Assembly (NCBI RefSeq): GCF_964355755.1
Contig: NC_092671.1
Coordinates: forward strand, 35,350,304-35,414,303
Length of the DNA: 64,000 nt
Direction: 5' to 3'
Source of the DNA: Antedon mediterranea
Lineage: Eukaryota; Animalia; Echinodermata
Shown here: positions 11,837 through 25,700 of the stretch, in pieces
How positions within the stretch are numbered: position 1 is the first letter of the stretch
Layout: every line of letters begins with the position of its first letter
Program-made: the position numbers and the translations under genes
Notes under the pieces: generated by a model
Database searches by the model: none
What the model was told of the DNA's origin: nothing
Seen by the model: the letters and a program-made list of their open reading frames with translations, nothing else

Positions 11837-14800
11837 TCAAGAGTCCTTCTTTCTGCCATTTTGTAATCTTTTTTTCCGGTAAACTTCATCTGTAAATGGT
11901 CTTTCATATGTCAGTGCTATCTGGTAAGACGTCCACACTAATACAGTGAATACAAACCCTATGGGACTTGCATGCCTGTTGAGTTCAAGAAATCAAATTA
12001 GATATTTATTTCAGAGCTCAATTTAGTGCTATTTACTACTACTACTATAGCCAATTCATCCACTTTTGTTCTATTTTATTTCAACTTATTTATAGGGTGA
12101 CTCTAAATAGCATATCCTGACAATCAAGGGGCCCTCTTGATGAGTGACAGTGTGTATACTAGCACACTGTCACCCCCTACTCGTCTCGATGTACTAGGTT
12201 CTTTAAAGTGCACATGAGCCAGATGTGTACACTGCACCTACAATTTATAGTCCTTATCCGAGAAGACTCGTTCTACCACCATGGAGCGAATGAGGCTCAA
12301 ACCCTTGCCGATGTTAATATGGCAAGTTATTATGGTTCCAGTGTCTTAACTGCTTGGCCACTCACCGCTATTTGGGCTAGAGTTCCACAATCATTATCTG
12401 GATCTAGACAATATATATGTACTTTTGAAATATAACGCACTGTACATGCTAGTATGTATTGACTATAAGTTTAATTAAATGACAGGGGCTGGTCAAGCAC
12501 ATCACAAGATGACAGTTTTATACTTTTGCTTTTCCGCTACTACCCTGTTATACTTATATGTTTGTTTTTTTGCTATGTAGAAAGATTGAAAATAAATAAT
12601 AATAAATAAATAAATGGAAAAGGTACGATTCAAAGTAAGATAAATTCATCCTTAAATTTCATTGTTGTGGTTGGGCTTTTAACTATGAGTCTCAGGAGCT
12701 TATCCCTGCACCCACACAAGTTCTCTATTTTGGACGATACTACTTACCAAATGGCTAGTCCAAGCCAGTTTAACGTTGATCCCAAATACATCGGATCATG
12801 TGGAATGTTAAATGGAAATTTTGTAACTTTTTTATCCAAAAGAATTCCAAAATAATCACCTGTAAGAAAATAACCATTTATGTCATTTATGATCAATTTA
12901 ATTTATATGAAAGATGTGTTAATTCCAAGCCATATTCTATAATGAAAGATGAATCATACACCCAGTTTTGTAAAAGTCTCGCCGGTTTCTGATTGACTGT
13001 ACCTACCATAGAAACCATATATGTAGATAAAGGAACTCCTTGGTCTTGGGAGCCTATTTCCTGTTTAAGTCAATAATGTTGATCGATAACACGCATAAAG
13101 CTCTGTTTACACTATCAAACTAGTTTAACAAAAAAAGTGTGATGCGTCCAAATATGGTAGTGATATGACATCATCATGTCTATATATGGGCACATCACAT
13201 TTTTGTTACATAAAGTTTGATAGTGTAGACAGAGCTTTAGACTGCCTTTTATAACAACTTTTGTATTATTCAAGCTCTGCTTATAAAAAATGTGATCAAC
13301 TATCGGTACCTACCAAAGAATGTCCCTGTAAATCCTAAAGTCCAAAAGCTCCAAATGACTAAAGTCATTCCAACAGCTAAGAGCACCGAGGCAGCCGTCT
13401 TTGACATGGGCATGGCTTCCAAAGTCTCCCATTTAGGCTGTGATTGTAGAGTCGTTTCATACCTGTGATGATAAACAAATGACCATGAGCCTATTGTACA
13501 TGGATGTTATCAAACAAGAGATAGGTCGGTTTTAGAATTTTCATTTTGAATGCCAGTGCCTGTCTACACTATCAAACTAGTTGATTTGATGTGGTCAAAT
13601 ATGGTAGTGATATGCTCAAATATGGTAGTGATATGACATCATCATGTCCATATATGGGTACATCACATTTTGTTTGTCACATCATGGAGGTATAACCTCC
13701 ATGGTCACATGAAGTTTGATATTGTAGACAAGGCTTAAGCTGTGTTGTCTGTGACATATTTACATAGGCGTACACAAATATACTATTATATACAGTGTTC
13801 AGCAATGGGTCTTCTGATAATAAAGCAAATAGTGCAATAATTCAGCATTGACAATGTTTGTGCATCTTTTTTTAACACTGAGAACACATTGACAATGTAA
13901 AAACTTTAAAAACTTACTGGATATCTCTAAGACATACTAAAAGCAGGATAGGGAGTGCTAGTGCTACACAACCTTTGAAGGGACTACCAAACAGAGTGCT
14001 TAACTTCTTGGTATAAAACTCCCATCGTGCAATCTGAAAGACAATAAAGTCAATGTAAATTTGACATGAGGCTCATTGAAGGTGACAGACATAGTTGCAT
14101 CATTAGAAAAGCCAGAGGTTGAAATCTTGTCAAACATTTTTTTAAATTTTTATTTTTTAAAATTTTATTTTATTCAACCAACAGCGATGAAACCGCCACT
14201 AACCGGTTGAATCTAAACATAATAAATGTAAAATGTATTCAAATAAACAGCACAAACATAAACAAAGATCACAGCATTAAAGAAATTTAACAATTTTACC
14301 CTTAAATACAATCATAAAATAAATCAATATCCAAACAAGTAACAAGTAACCTATTAAATGTGTTAGGTAACCGCTGAAAAATACCAAATTGAACTCGGTT
14401 TTTATACTGCACGGTACATCCCGCGTTATCATCAGTATTATTCAGGAGACAGTCTACTGTAAAACAAACAAAAATCTCTATTTTCCCGCAAAATGTTTAA
14501 CACTACAGACAATGCCTATGCAGAGGAGGACACTCCTATACAGAGGAGGACACCCACATTCAGAGGAGGACACCCACATTCAGAGGAGGACACCCACATT
14601 CAGAGGAGGACACTCCTATCCAGAAGAGGACACCCCATTCAGAGGACACACCTCATTAAGGCAACATTTTGTTGGGTACTAAAATGGTGTCCTATTAATA
14701 GGGGTTCTACTGTACTTAAAGACCACTAGTAAAACCAATGTTGTCAGAATAATATCAGGTATTAGTATTAGTAGAAAAACAATGCAATGCAAATTCAATA

Positions 14801-17800
14801 GTTAAAGTCATAGACTGACATTGGACATATTCTATGACTGTCAAACATTATAATAACTTTTCTATGTATCTTCAGACGGATTTTACTTTCGTTCTTGAAA
14901 CATTTGCTTGAGCGTGGCCCGACAGATATTGCTCTAGATACTTAATATAAATCTATGTAAATTTAATTATATAAAATGTCTGAGAAGAAATACACATTTG
15001 TAATTTGAAATTAATTTTGGATTAGAGAGACGATACATTTGGGAAGTGTATATGGGGAGTTTTTAATTGAGGATAACATCTATTCAAGGTTAGTTTAACT
15101 TTAGTCGGACATAACTTCTCATGCCATTCAAAACAGAGATCAAGGAAATTCTTGCAAAAATTGTTCATTTGTTGGGTAATTGTCAGATACCGGAGGGCAA
15201 ATGCAAGAACGTGTGCACATCATTTATTTTGTCTTTTAAGCATATTTTTTTTTATGCAAAACCGTATAAATAAATTGTATAAAATAATTTTGAATATTGC
15301 AGATTTCGAAACAAAGGGAATATAAAAGGCTGTAGCTTAAAGGTACGGTAAAGGTCCTATGTTCAATTCTGAACATAGGGTATTAGAAGCTCATTTTACT
15401 TAAGTTTTGGCATTATGTGGTAGGGTGTGGCCTGTTCCTTTCCACGCCGCTTTATTCTCCCTAGTATTTTCAACCAGGTACTCATTTACTGGAAGTGCTT
15501 GGAATTGAACCCAGGTCTCTCTGTATGACCGTCAAGTGTTCTAACTAATCGACTACACAACGCCAAATACAAATATTCCAAAAATGTCTTCTCAATGGCT
15601 ATGTACATCATCATAGAGATTTTTATAACTGCTAATGCTCGATTCTGACTTCGCAAAGTAACAACGTAAGGCACGATAACAGATGGTAATTGGATGATCC
15701 ATCATGTCATGATTGGTCATACTTGTGGTGTATCAACATCCTTGCGTTGCATCCAAGTGGGAACCTTAATATAGTGCACTCTCTAATGTGTGTAGTTGAC
15801 TACTTGCATTCACTGTTAACATAGTCTGTCTTGTATGTATATAGACAAATCAAATGTTTGATTCAACATTGCTAAATCATGTACATATATTTGCACTGTT
15901 TAATAGCCCCCTAATACTAGGTCTAGTTTACCTATCCGATGGGACATGCTGACAAACACACTATTAATGTTAACATTGCCTGTCTATTGCAATTGCAGAC
16001 GAATCAGATACTTAATCCAACATTGCTACATACAGTACTAGCAATGTTTATCAGTGCCCTTGTCTAGTTTATCTATCCGATGGGATTCTAACATGCAGTT
16101 TCAACTCACAGTAATAAGTATGAATGTTAACATCACTTGTCTTGTCACTGGCTGGTTAAAAAGACATCGTATGAAATATTTATTTATAAAGCATGAATTT
16201 GTACCGTTCCTAGACGAATCCTGTCTAGATACGTATCTCCAGGGAACTTAACAGTCAGAATACTAGCATTTGCCATGTAGCTGACAATTTTTTATGGGTT
16301 GTTAATAAAATGTTTACACACAGTATAATCCAATGATGATATTGAGGAAAATGCGACTTGTACTAATTTTAATAATAACGCTCATGGTGTAAAGCTTTGT
16401 CTACACTATAAAACTACAGTAGGATGTGGTAGTGATATGACATCATCATGTCCATATATGGGCATATCACATTGATAGTGTAACAGCCTCCATTATCCTG
16501 AGCTCTGATTCTGTAATGCTTGACATTAACACCTCCACCCAACCACACATTAGATAGCAAAATCATATGCCTTAGGAAATTACCTTGGGAAATCCAAAAC
16601 TTTCTGAACCTAGGTCAACCCATGTCTACACCAGTGAGTTTGACATATAACTATTTGTCTATGTACTTGTATTCAGGAAGAGAGCCATTATTTTTTTACC
16701 ACGGACAAATGATAGCATAATATTTATAGTATGTCAACTATGATATAAAAAAGTAGTTCATAATTTAATTTTAGCTGTCAAAGTGAGGAGCATGCACCCA
16801 CCCTAGCGCTACCCCTGGATGCACCCTAGCGCTACCCCTGGATGCACCCTAGCGCTACCCCTTGATGCACCCTAGCTTGATGCACCCTAGCGCTACCCCT
16901 GGATGCACCCTAGCGCTACCCCTGGATTCACCCTAGCGCTATCCCTGGATGCACCCTAGCGCTACCCCTGGATGCACCCTAGCGCTATCCCTGGATGCAC
17001 CCTAGCGCTACCCCTGGATGCACCCTAGCGCTACCCCTGGATTCACCCTAGCGCTACCCCTGGATGCACCCTAGCGCTACCCCTGGATGCACCCTAGCGC
17101 TATCCCTGGATGCACCCTAGCGCTACCCCTGGGATGCACCCTAGCGCTACCCCTGGATGCACCCTAGCGCTACCCCTGGATGCACCCTAGCGCTATCCCT
17201 GGATGCACCCTAGCGCCATCCCTGGATCCACCCTAGCGCTATCCCTGGATGCACCCTAGCGCTACCCTTGGATTCACCCTAGCGCTACCCCTGGATGCAC
17301 CCTAGCGCTATCCCTGGATGCACCCTAGCGCCATCCCTGGATCCACCCTAGCGCTATCCCTGGATGCACCCTAGCGCTACCCTTGGATTCACCCTAGCGC
17401 TATCCCTGGATCCACCCTAGCGCTACCCCTGGATGCACCCTAGCGCTACCCCTGGATGCACCCTAGCGCTATCCCTGGATGCACCCTAGCGCCATCCCTG
17501 GATCCACCCTAGCGCTATCCCTGGATGCACCCTAGCGCTACCCTTGGATTCACCCTAGCGCTACCCCTGGATGCACCATAGCGCTACCCCTGGATGCACC
17601 CTAGCGCTACCCCTGTATGCACCCTAGCGCTATCCCTGGATGCACCCTAGCGCCATCCCTGGATCCACCCTAGCGCTATCCCTGGATGCACCCTAGCGCT
17701 ACCTTTGGATTCACCCTAGCGCTACCTCTGGATCCACCCTAGCGCTACCCCTGGATGCACCCTAGCGCTACCCCTGGATGCACCCTAGCGCTATCCATGG

Positions 17801-20800
17801 ATGCACCCTAGCGCCATCCCTGGATCCACCCTAGCGCTATCCCTGGATGCACCCTAGCGCTACCCTTGGATTCACCCTAGCGCTACCCCTGGATGCACCC
17901 TAGCGCTATCCCTGGATGCACCCTAGCGCCATCCCTGGATCCACCCTAGCGCTATCCCTGGATGCACCCTAGCGCTACCCTTGGATTAACCCTAGCGCTA
18001 TCCCTGGATCCACCCCTGGTATGTGTTTCAGAGCAAACATAATTTCTATGTATCACACTAAAGTTGAATGATGGAAAGACAGAGTTTATTATCGTCGGGT
18101 CTAAATGTAACATCTCCAAAATCAACATCACACATATCAGAATCGGAAACTCTAACATCGCTCCATCATCGGTGGTCCGGAATCTGGGAATCATGCTGGA
18201 TAGTAATCTCACTATGGAAGCACAAATAACAACTGTATCCAAAGCAGCATGCATATCGATTAGGAACCTTGGTCGTATTCGCGGTAATCTTAACAAGAAA
18301 ACAGCTGAATTGATTGTACACTCATTTGTCACTTCTAAAATTGACATTGGTAATGCCTTGTTGTTTGGCATACCAAAATCTCAAATACAACGTTTGCAGC
18401 GCTTGCAAAATATGGCAGCTAGAATTGTAACTTATACAAAATCAAACGCTCACATAACTCCTGTCCTGATGGATTTGCATTGGTTGCCTGTTCAACAACG
18501 TATTAAGTACAAACTTGCGTTGTTTGTATTCAAGATCCTAAATGACAGTGCTCCTGCTTATTTATCTGACCTTGTGGATCGTTACGAATCATCCTGCAGA
18601 GGCCTACGATCATTGTCACAAAACCTTCTTCAAGAGCGTAGAGCGAAAAATCAGTGGGGTCAGAGATCTTTTTACGTTGCGGCCGCAAGTGTATGGAACA
18701 GCTTACCAGCAACAGTTAAATGCTCAACTAGTCTAAACAGTTTCAAGACCAACCTAAAGACGTCGCTATTCGCTGATGTTCTCGCACGTTGTTAATGCAC
18801 AAAGCGCCATGAGCGCCACATGGGTGGAGGATACCGGCGCTATATAAGTTTTCATTTATTATTATATTATTCAATGATACTTTGAAGTTTGAATTGAAAA
18901 GAGTCATTTGCTCCACCTTGTGTAAATAATGGAAGTAACATCTTATGACACAATTATAAATAGTCAGACACTCGGGAAAGTCCAGACACTTGCGTGACAA
19001 AATCATGTGAACTTCAGATGATGATTCTGGCTTTGTTTTATTTATCACAAAACGGAACAATGTGAACTGAAAGATAAAGCTGAACGACTAAGTGCTAAGT
19101 GCACATTGTAATCCCAATTTCACAAGCAAATCTTTAAATTAAAATAATTCAATTTTTGTAAAATGGTTAAATTAATGATTTAAATTTTAAAGATGAAAAC
19201 ATAATTTTTTTGTTGAATATGCCATTTTAATGTCACATAATAGTTATTTACTTTAAAAAAATTTTTTTATCGAAAACAAATTTATTTACCTGAAAAACTG
19301 TAATTTAAAGCAAAACATAGTCAAATTGGCTGCCAGGTTGGTTGAACTTTATTTTGTCATTTATTTTGTCATTTATTAAGAGAAAACATTATTTTTTTTT
19401 ACTGATGGAGACTTTATTAAAACTACAAAATAACCTATTCAAAGCCTGATTTAATTAATCTTCATTTTTCATGATTTTGGAGGATCGGGCATGAAATTAT
19501 CATACCATCTACATTCACATTTGTTCAGCAATATATAGTATAATTACATTGAATGTTACATACAATATTGCAAGCAGGGATCTACAGAGCAAAAGTTCAT
19601 GTAACCCTGAATGTTCATTGGTCATTCCAGATCACATGAACATTTAATAGCCTTAAGAGGGTTTTAAACATTAATCTATTGGCTAAAAGGAGTAACTGTA
19701 AAGCTATGTCTACACTATCAAACTAGTTTGACAAAAAAAGTGTTAAGTGCCAAAATATGGTAGTAATATGCCCAAATATGGTAGTGATATGCCCAAATAT
19801 GGTAGTGATATGACACCAATATGTCCATATATGGGCAAATCACATGTTTTTGTCACATAAAGTTTTATAGTGTAAACTGAGCTTAAGTTGTTTTTAGTTA
19901 TCACAGAGTCATTAATATTAATTGGACAAGCTTAATCAATAGAACTATTCAATTAACTGTCCATTGTTATACGAGTGGACTGTTTGACCATTCGGACATT
20001 ACAGTTTGGCTAACTTACCACTGGGTTTTTAAACTATCACACTGTTTAAAGTAGAAAGTTTCTGTCACTTCCCAAACATGAAATCTTCTATCATTCGGAA
20101 AAAGAAAAGTTCTTAATCTTATACTAGTTGCTACTTAAAGACGACCACAACAAATTGTAAAATCACATTTTCATTCTTTTGTTGGTTGTTAATATACAAG
20201 TTTATTTAATTTAGTCCTTATATGACAAATATGATGGCATTACCTCCATTAGAGATTTTCTACTGTTTCAGTAGGGCAGTGTTTGGACGTTGGATTACTG
20301 ATCGTGATTCGAATCCAACTCTCGCCGCATTGCTTGTATTCTTAGGCAAGATACTTTACTTACTTACTCTCTCCACCCAGGTGTATAAATGGGTACCTAG
20401 TTAGATCAAGACACAACTTTGTGCTGATTACTGGCTGCATTATGGGAGTATGTTTCCTTACATGTTGCAAAAAAAAATTATCGGGGTAATAATATGCAGC
20501 GCATTGAGAGCTTTCTAGTATACGCTATATAAGAATGAACTATTATTTTTAGTAGCCTTAATGGAAGTGGATTTTATAGAATGCAAAGTTGATTTTATGG
20601 ATATTTAAAAAAAAAGAAAGCAAGTTTTCAATTAATGTGGAAACACATAATTCTATAAGGATTTGTACAAAAGACATCATTTCCTTTCAGTGTATTAAGA
20701 CAATATTTAAGATTGTAATGCTCTCAATTAATTCATTACGTCTTCGGACGTCATAAAAATAATTCTTGAAAATTCTTTTTTTTCAAATATAAAGATATTA

Positions 20801-22749
20801 TAATTTTATTAAACTATGAAATACTTCTTGAAAACCAAATTCCAGAATTATTTCTTTTTTTTTCAAATATAAAAATCTTATATTTATATTAAACTATGCT
20901 ACACTATCCAAAATATAATCAAACTTTTTCTTTTAGTTTTATGAATTATGAAGCATACATTACTACTGTATTGAATGGAATGTATAGTTTTGGGGTTTTA
21001 ATTGGACCAACATAGCAGATGGGACTACCTTGGTTCAGGAAAAAAAATGATTGGTAAGCATTTCTTGTAAAATCTCATCTAATCTGGTTAGAGAGGCCTA
21101 CTGTACATCCAGACCAAAAGTCAATACTGGGACTATACCCGGGGACATGCCTGTTTGTGAAATCTGACATAAAGTAGGGGAGTGGGATTAGACCTGAAGT
21201 GGGATTAGACCTGAAGTGGGATTAGATCAGTAGAATAAAAATAGTATTGAAAATAAAGTACAGTACATGTTTAAGTGTTTAAATATTAAAAACCATAAAA
21301 TTCATCATTGTCAATGCCATAGGTAAACTTCAGACTCTTAACTTTAAACCACATGACCAGACGTATTTGACATTTAAAATGTTGGCAATAGTCAACTGAT
21401 TGGCAATTAAAATAATTTGTGACATCAAATGATTAGTGCATTTTCCTATGGATGGTCTGGTCAGATCATACTTTAATACACCCTCCCAATTCTTACTTAA
21501 TTTTGTTTTCTTTTTCTTTCTTTTCTTACGATTAATTATAGCTCTTCATAAAAATTCACTTGAATGCAAAATTATTGGTGCTGATATTCATTCATCCATC
21601 AATCATAAACATAGTGTTAATAAACTATTATTTTAAAAATATTTAATGATTGTTACAGATGCATTTGTGTATGTGCACATCCAAAGAGAAGAACACGCAT
21701 AAGTTGATCTGGGCCTCCATGGTTAAATGTGATTTATTTTTTGTGATTCTGATATTTTTTTTTACTCTTTAATTATTTTTAGGTCTAAAATTGTGAACAA
21801 GTTTTAAATAACTTGTAATTTTTGTATATATTGTTACTGTTTCATGTTTATCAACTTTTTAGGTTTTCATCTCTGTCAGTTGATTTAAAATAAAATAGAA
21901 TAACAATAAAAGTGAGTTGTATTCTTTTGCTGGACAAATTTGGTGAATGCATGGGTAATTCAAAATGTCAAAAGGGCAGGATATTAAACAAGTCTTGTGG
22001 CCATAACTGGAACCGCCCAATATTGTCCAATAGAAACTTGATGCAGTGATCAGGGATTACCATTACAAAAGATTAAGCAATCTTCATTTTATAAGAGGTC
22101 CTCAAACGTATTGTCCAAGCCTTCCACCAAAAACAATGGGATTTTAGGTAAGGTCAACTCAAACCCTTTTCTCACAACATGCTTAACAGAGTGCCTATAA
22201 CTAATTATAGGGATACGAGAAACAAGTCAAATTTGAGTACAAGAATTAGCTTTTAGCTAAATTTAAGTAGGAAAGATCATAGACTCTTGTATTTAGCTGT
22301 TTTCTTCAAAGAAGATAAAGTTGTATTGGCTGTACATAGGATTAAAATGATACAGACTATACTAAACATCATGTAAACATGATAATCTGTATTTAAATTT
22401 AATTTAAAATAAAGGATTAAAAAGAAGCCCCTAAAACCAAAATAAATAAAGATTCTTCCAACAAAACAGTACATAATACATAACAGTGTCTTAACATGTT
22501 ACAAATGGAATAATCCTGTCATTAACCAAGGGGTTCGAATAAACCTCCTTTTTATGAAGCGCCTTTTTCAAACTAGACGCAGCAGATATTTTTCATTTTG
22601 TCTTGAGGCACATGTGGCCAAGGATTACCAATAGTAAATTAATCACTGTCCTATCAGATAGGTAATCACCCTGATACAGTAACCCCCTACTCGTCTTGAA
22701 TGATGAACTGTGTTCTTTAAAGTGCACACAGGTTATAACTGTGTACACT

Positions 22750-22783
<34 letters not shown>

Positions 22784-25700
22784 TTGTTCCACCACCAGAA
22801 CTAGGAGCGAGTCAGCCTCGAACCCTTGCCGTTATAGTTGGCTCTTTAGGTACGGTAAATGGCTCCTGGACCATTTTGGAAAGCAGTACTGCGTTACTGA
22901 AAATGCAATCCAGTCAAAAGTAAGAATAAATAAATAAATAACGGCTCGGCCATTTGACTCACTCAGATTACTGTAGAATACTGTATACTGTATTGTATAG
23001 TGGCCTAACTAGTATAGATATGAGGATTTTTGTCAATACAGAAAAGTATCCTTTTTGTAGGGAAAAAAACTTGAACAATAAGATCCTACACAAAAATGTT
23101 GATATCATAGTATATTTTTGACATCTTTATTTCAACGTGACAATTAAATAGTGTGTCACAAACAAATTTACTCTTTCCAAAAAAATGTAGACTAGATCTG
23201 ACAGACCCAGACATCTAAGAGCTAGACAAGTGATTACCAAGAAGTTGGCCAACACAAGTTGACGGCATGGATCAAATACAAATAGAACACAAGCAGAATC
23301 TAAATATAGACATGATGTAAACAATATAAACAAAGACACATGTTGAAGATAAAATTAGCCTGTTCACAATTTTAATCTCCAGAGAGATTTAATCATGTCT
23401 ATACATGCAGTACAAAATTTACACTGAAAATTGAAAAATAGCAATGTAGTTGAGGGCGCATTTCATCTGTACTGTATTTTGCTGCCAAATTTTAAATCCA
23501 AAAAAAGGATTGGTCCATTAGACATCTGGGGTAATAAGCACAAAATAAATCAGTATGTAGTGTAATAGGAAGTACAGTATGTAAATAATAATAATAATAA
23601 TAATAATGCCTGAGTGTCCTTGAATAAATCATGGAATTTCATGAGCTATCCCAATGAATGAATGAATACTATTATATATGAGACGAGATTCCCGACGGAA
23701 TAACACTATTTAAGTAAATATTATGAGTAACCTTCTGTACAGAAGAGGAAGATGTATTATTATTCTTGGCCTAACAACCTTGTATGACAGAAGAATTCGA
23801 GGTGACCTGATTGAAGCATATAAAATTGTTAAAGGTTTCGAGGGTGTAGCCAAGGATGACTTTTTCCAAATGAGAAGTAACATTAGCAGAATTACTCGAG
23901 GGCATCACCTGAGATTTTTCAAGCCTACTTTCCATAAAGGATTGAACTGTAGAAGACATACCTTCTCGCAACGAGTAATAAACCATTGGAACAGTTTACC
24001 AGCCGACGTTGTCATTTCTGAGACCGCTAATACCTTCAAGAATCGCATCGACACAATGTAGTTGATATGGGGTTTAAAAAGGCACATCGCCTAAACTTTC
24101 CCATTATAACTAAACTAAACTAAACTAAACTATGAAAATTGTGCTTTGTTCTTTAATTCAACATTTTTGTTTAGATTTTAACCTTTTGGCTTATTTTATT
24201 TGTACCTTCATTAGGTCCAGCCAGCGATTTTTTTTTCGTACATAAGTTGGGGACCCCTTATTGGACAGATAGCCGAACTACTTTCTAAATATAACTAAAC
24301 CTAACCATCTAAATAATCTCTCTCACTCCAAAGTAAAAAGAAGTTGCTCATGGGATTTGAACCTCATACATCGACATTCCATAGTCAACTTGACCAAACA
24401 GACGGCTCAATTCTTACCTCATGGATATGACTAATTAATTTTTTTTTTTGACGTTTCATGAGGGGTCCCCAACTTATGTATGAAAAGAAATATCGCGTTC
24501 AGCCACTGATACCCAAAACATTGTAATTTTTTAGCAAAATGGCCATAGTTTGTTAAGGCTGACATGGCTATTTGTTAAAAATGTATAAAAATCTCTTTAG
24601 ACAGAAGGTGACAAGACACTAATTGAATATGACGTATTGAAAGTATATATCATATTTTCCGCTTTGCATGCTAAAAAACGGAAACACTCGAGAAAAGGTT
24701 AAACGACTGACCTCATTATCATAAACTTTTTCTCCGGACAAAATTATTTTTGAAATTTCCGGGAGTAAAAATAGTCTGGTAATTGATAGAAAGTGAAATT
24801 AAAGGAACTAAAATAAAGTTATATAATGATGGAAGTGTTTTTGTTATGTGACTTTATTCTAATTTGTAAAGAGGTCAAAATCATCTTTAAATTTTAAGCT
24901 GTTTTGGAAAGATGATTAATAAAAAGTAAATTAGTCAGGTCACCAGTAATTAATACTATCACTATTAATTAATAAACAAAGTTTAATAATAAATTAAATT
25001 TTGGCAAGAAAAAATTTTATTTTAAAATTTTGTTTAGCAATAATGCTAATCAAACTGATTTTGTTTAGCAATAAGGTTGTTTTTGTATAGCTTTTTGCTA
25101 TGCTACACTGGTGAAATTATTCCCTGTTTTTGTACAAATGTTTTTTGCTCTTAAATACAGTACATTTTATATTTTTAGGCAAGTTAAAGTTTACATTATA
25201 TTTTATAACCTTATCAATTTTTTTATATTTTTTTTTTTATTTTATTTTTAAAACCAGAAACAGCAGCAGAAACAAATCCGCCACTTACAGCTTGGTTTAA
25301 CAGATACAATACAATTACAACAACTCAGAAACACTTAAATTACGACGAAACAGATAAAGGTTGGAATTAAAAATGTCAATATGGGGATGGGCCTGCACTA
25401 AACTATTATAATATAAACTTAATCTGCTGATGTAACCATTTTTGAGAACATTGACTCTACAAAAGGGAACACAAAGGATATTGTTGTTTCTTAAATTACG
25501 GGCGGGAACACGAATACCGAAATTTGTCCTTTAATTAGACTTTGAGGGAAAATAATTAATTATTCATAGTGAGAAATAACAAAATTACCTTGGGTCCAAC
25601 TTTATTAGTACAATACATTTCTAGCTTTAATTTAACACAAAATTGATTTTCAGTATAATGATAGCAAAGGATTAGTATACAAGGACATGTAGATGAAGAT

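Noticed and set aside
14389-14729. ORFs with [11 protein letters not shown] repeats
   Set aside because: Derived from a 20-bp tandem repeat.
17952-18371. 139-aa minus-strand ORF
   Set aside because: Antisense shadow of the LINE ORF2 fragment.
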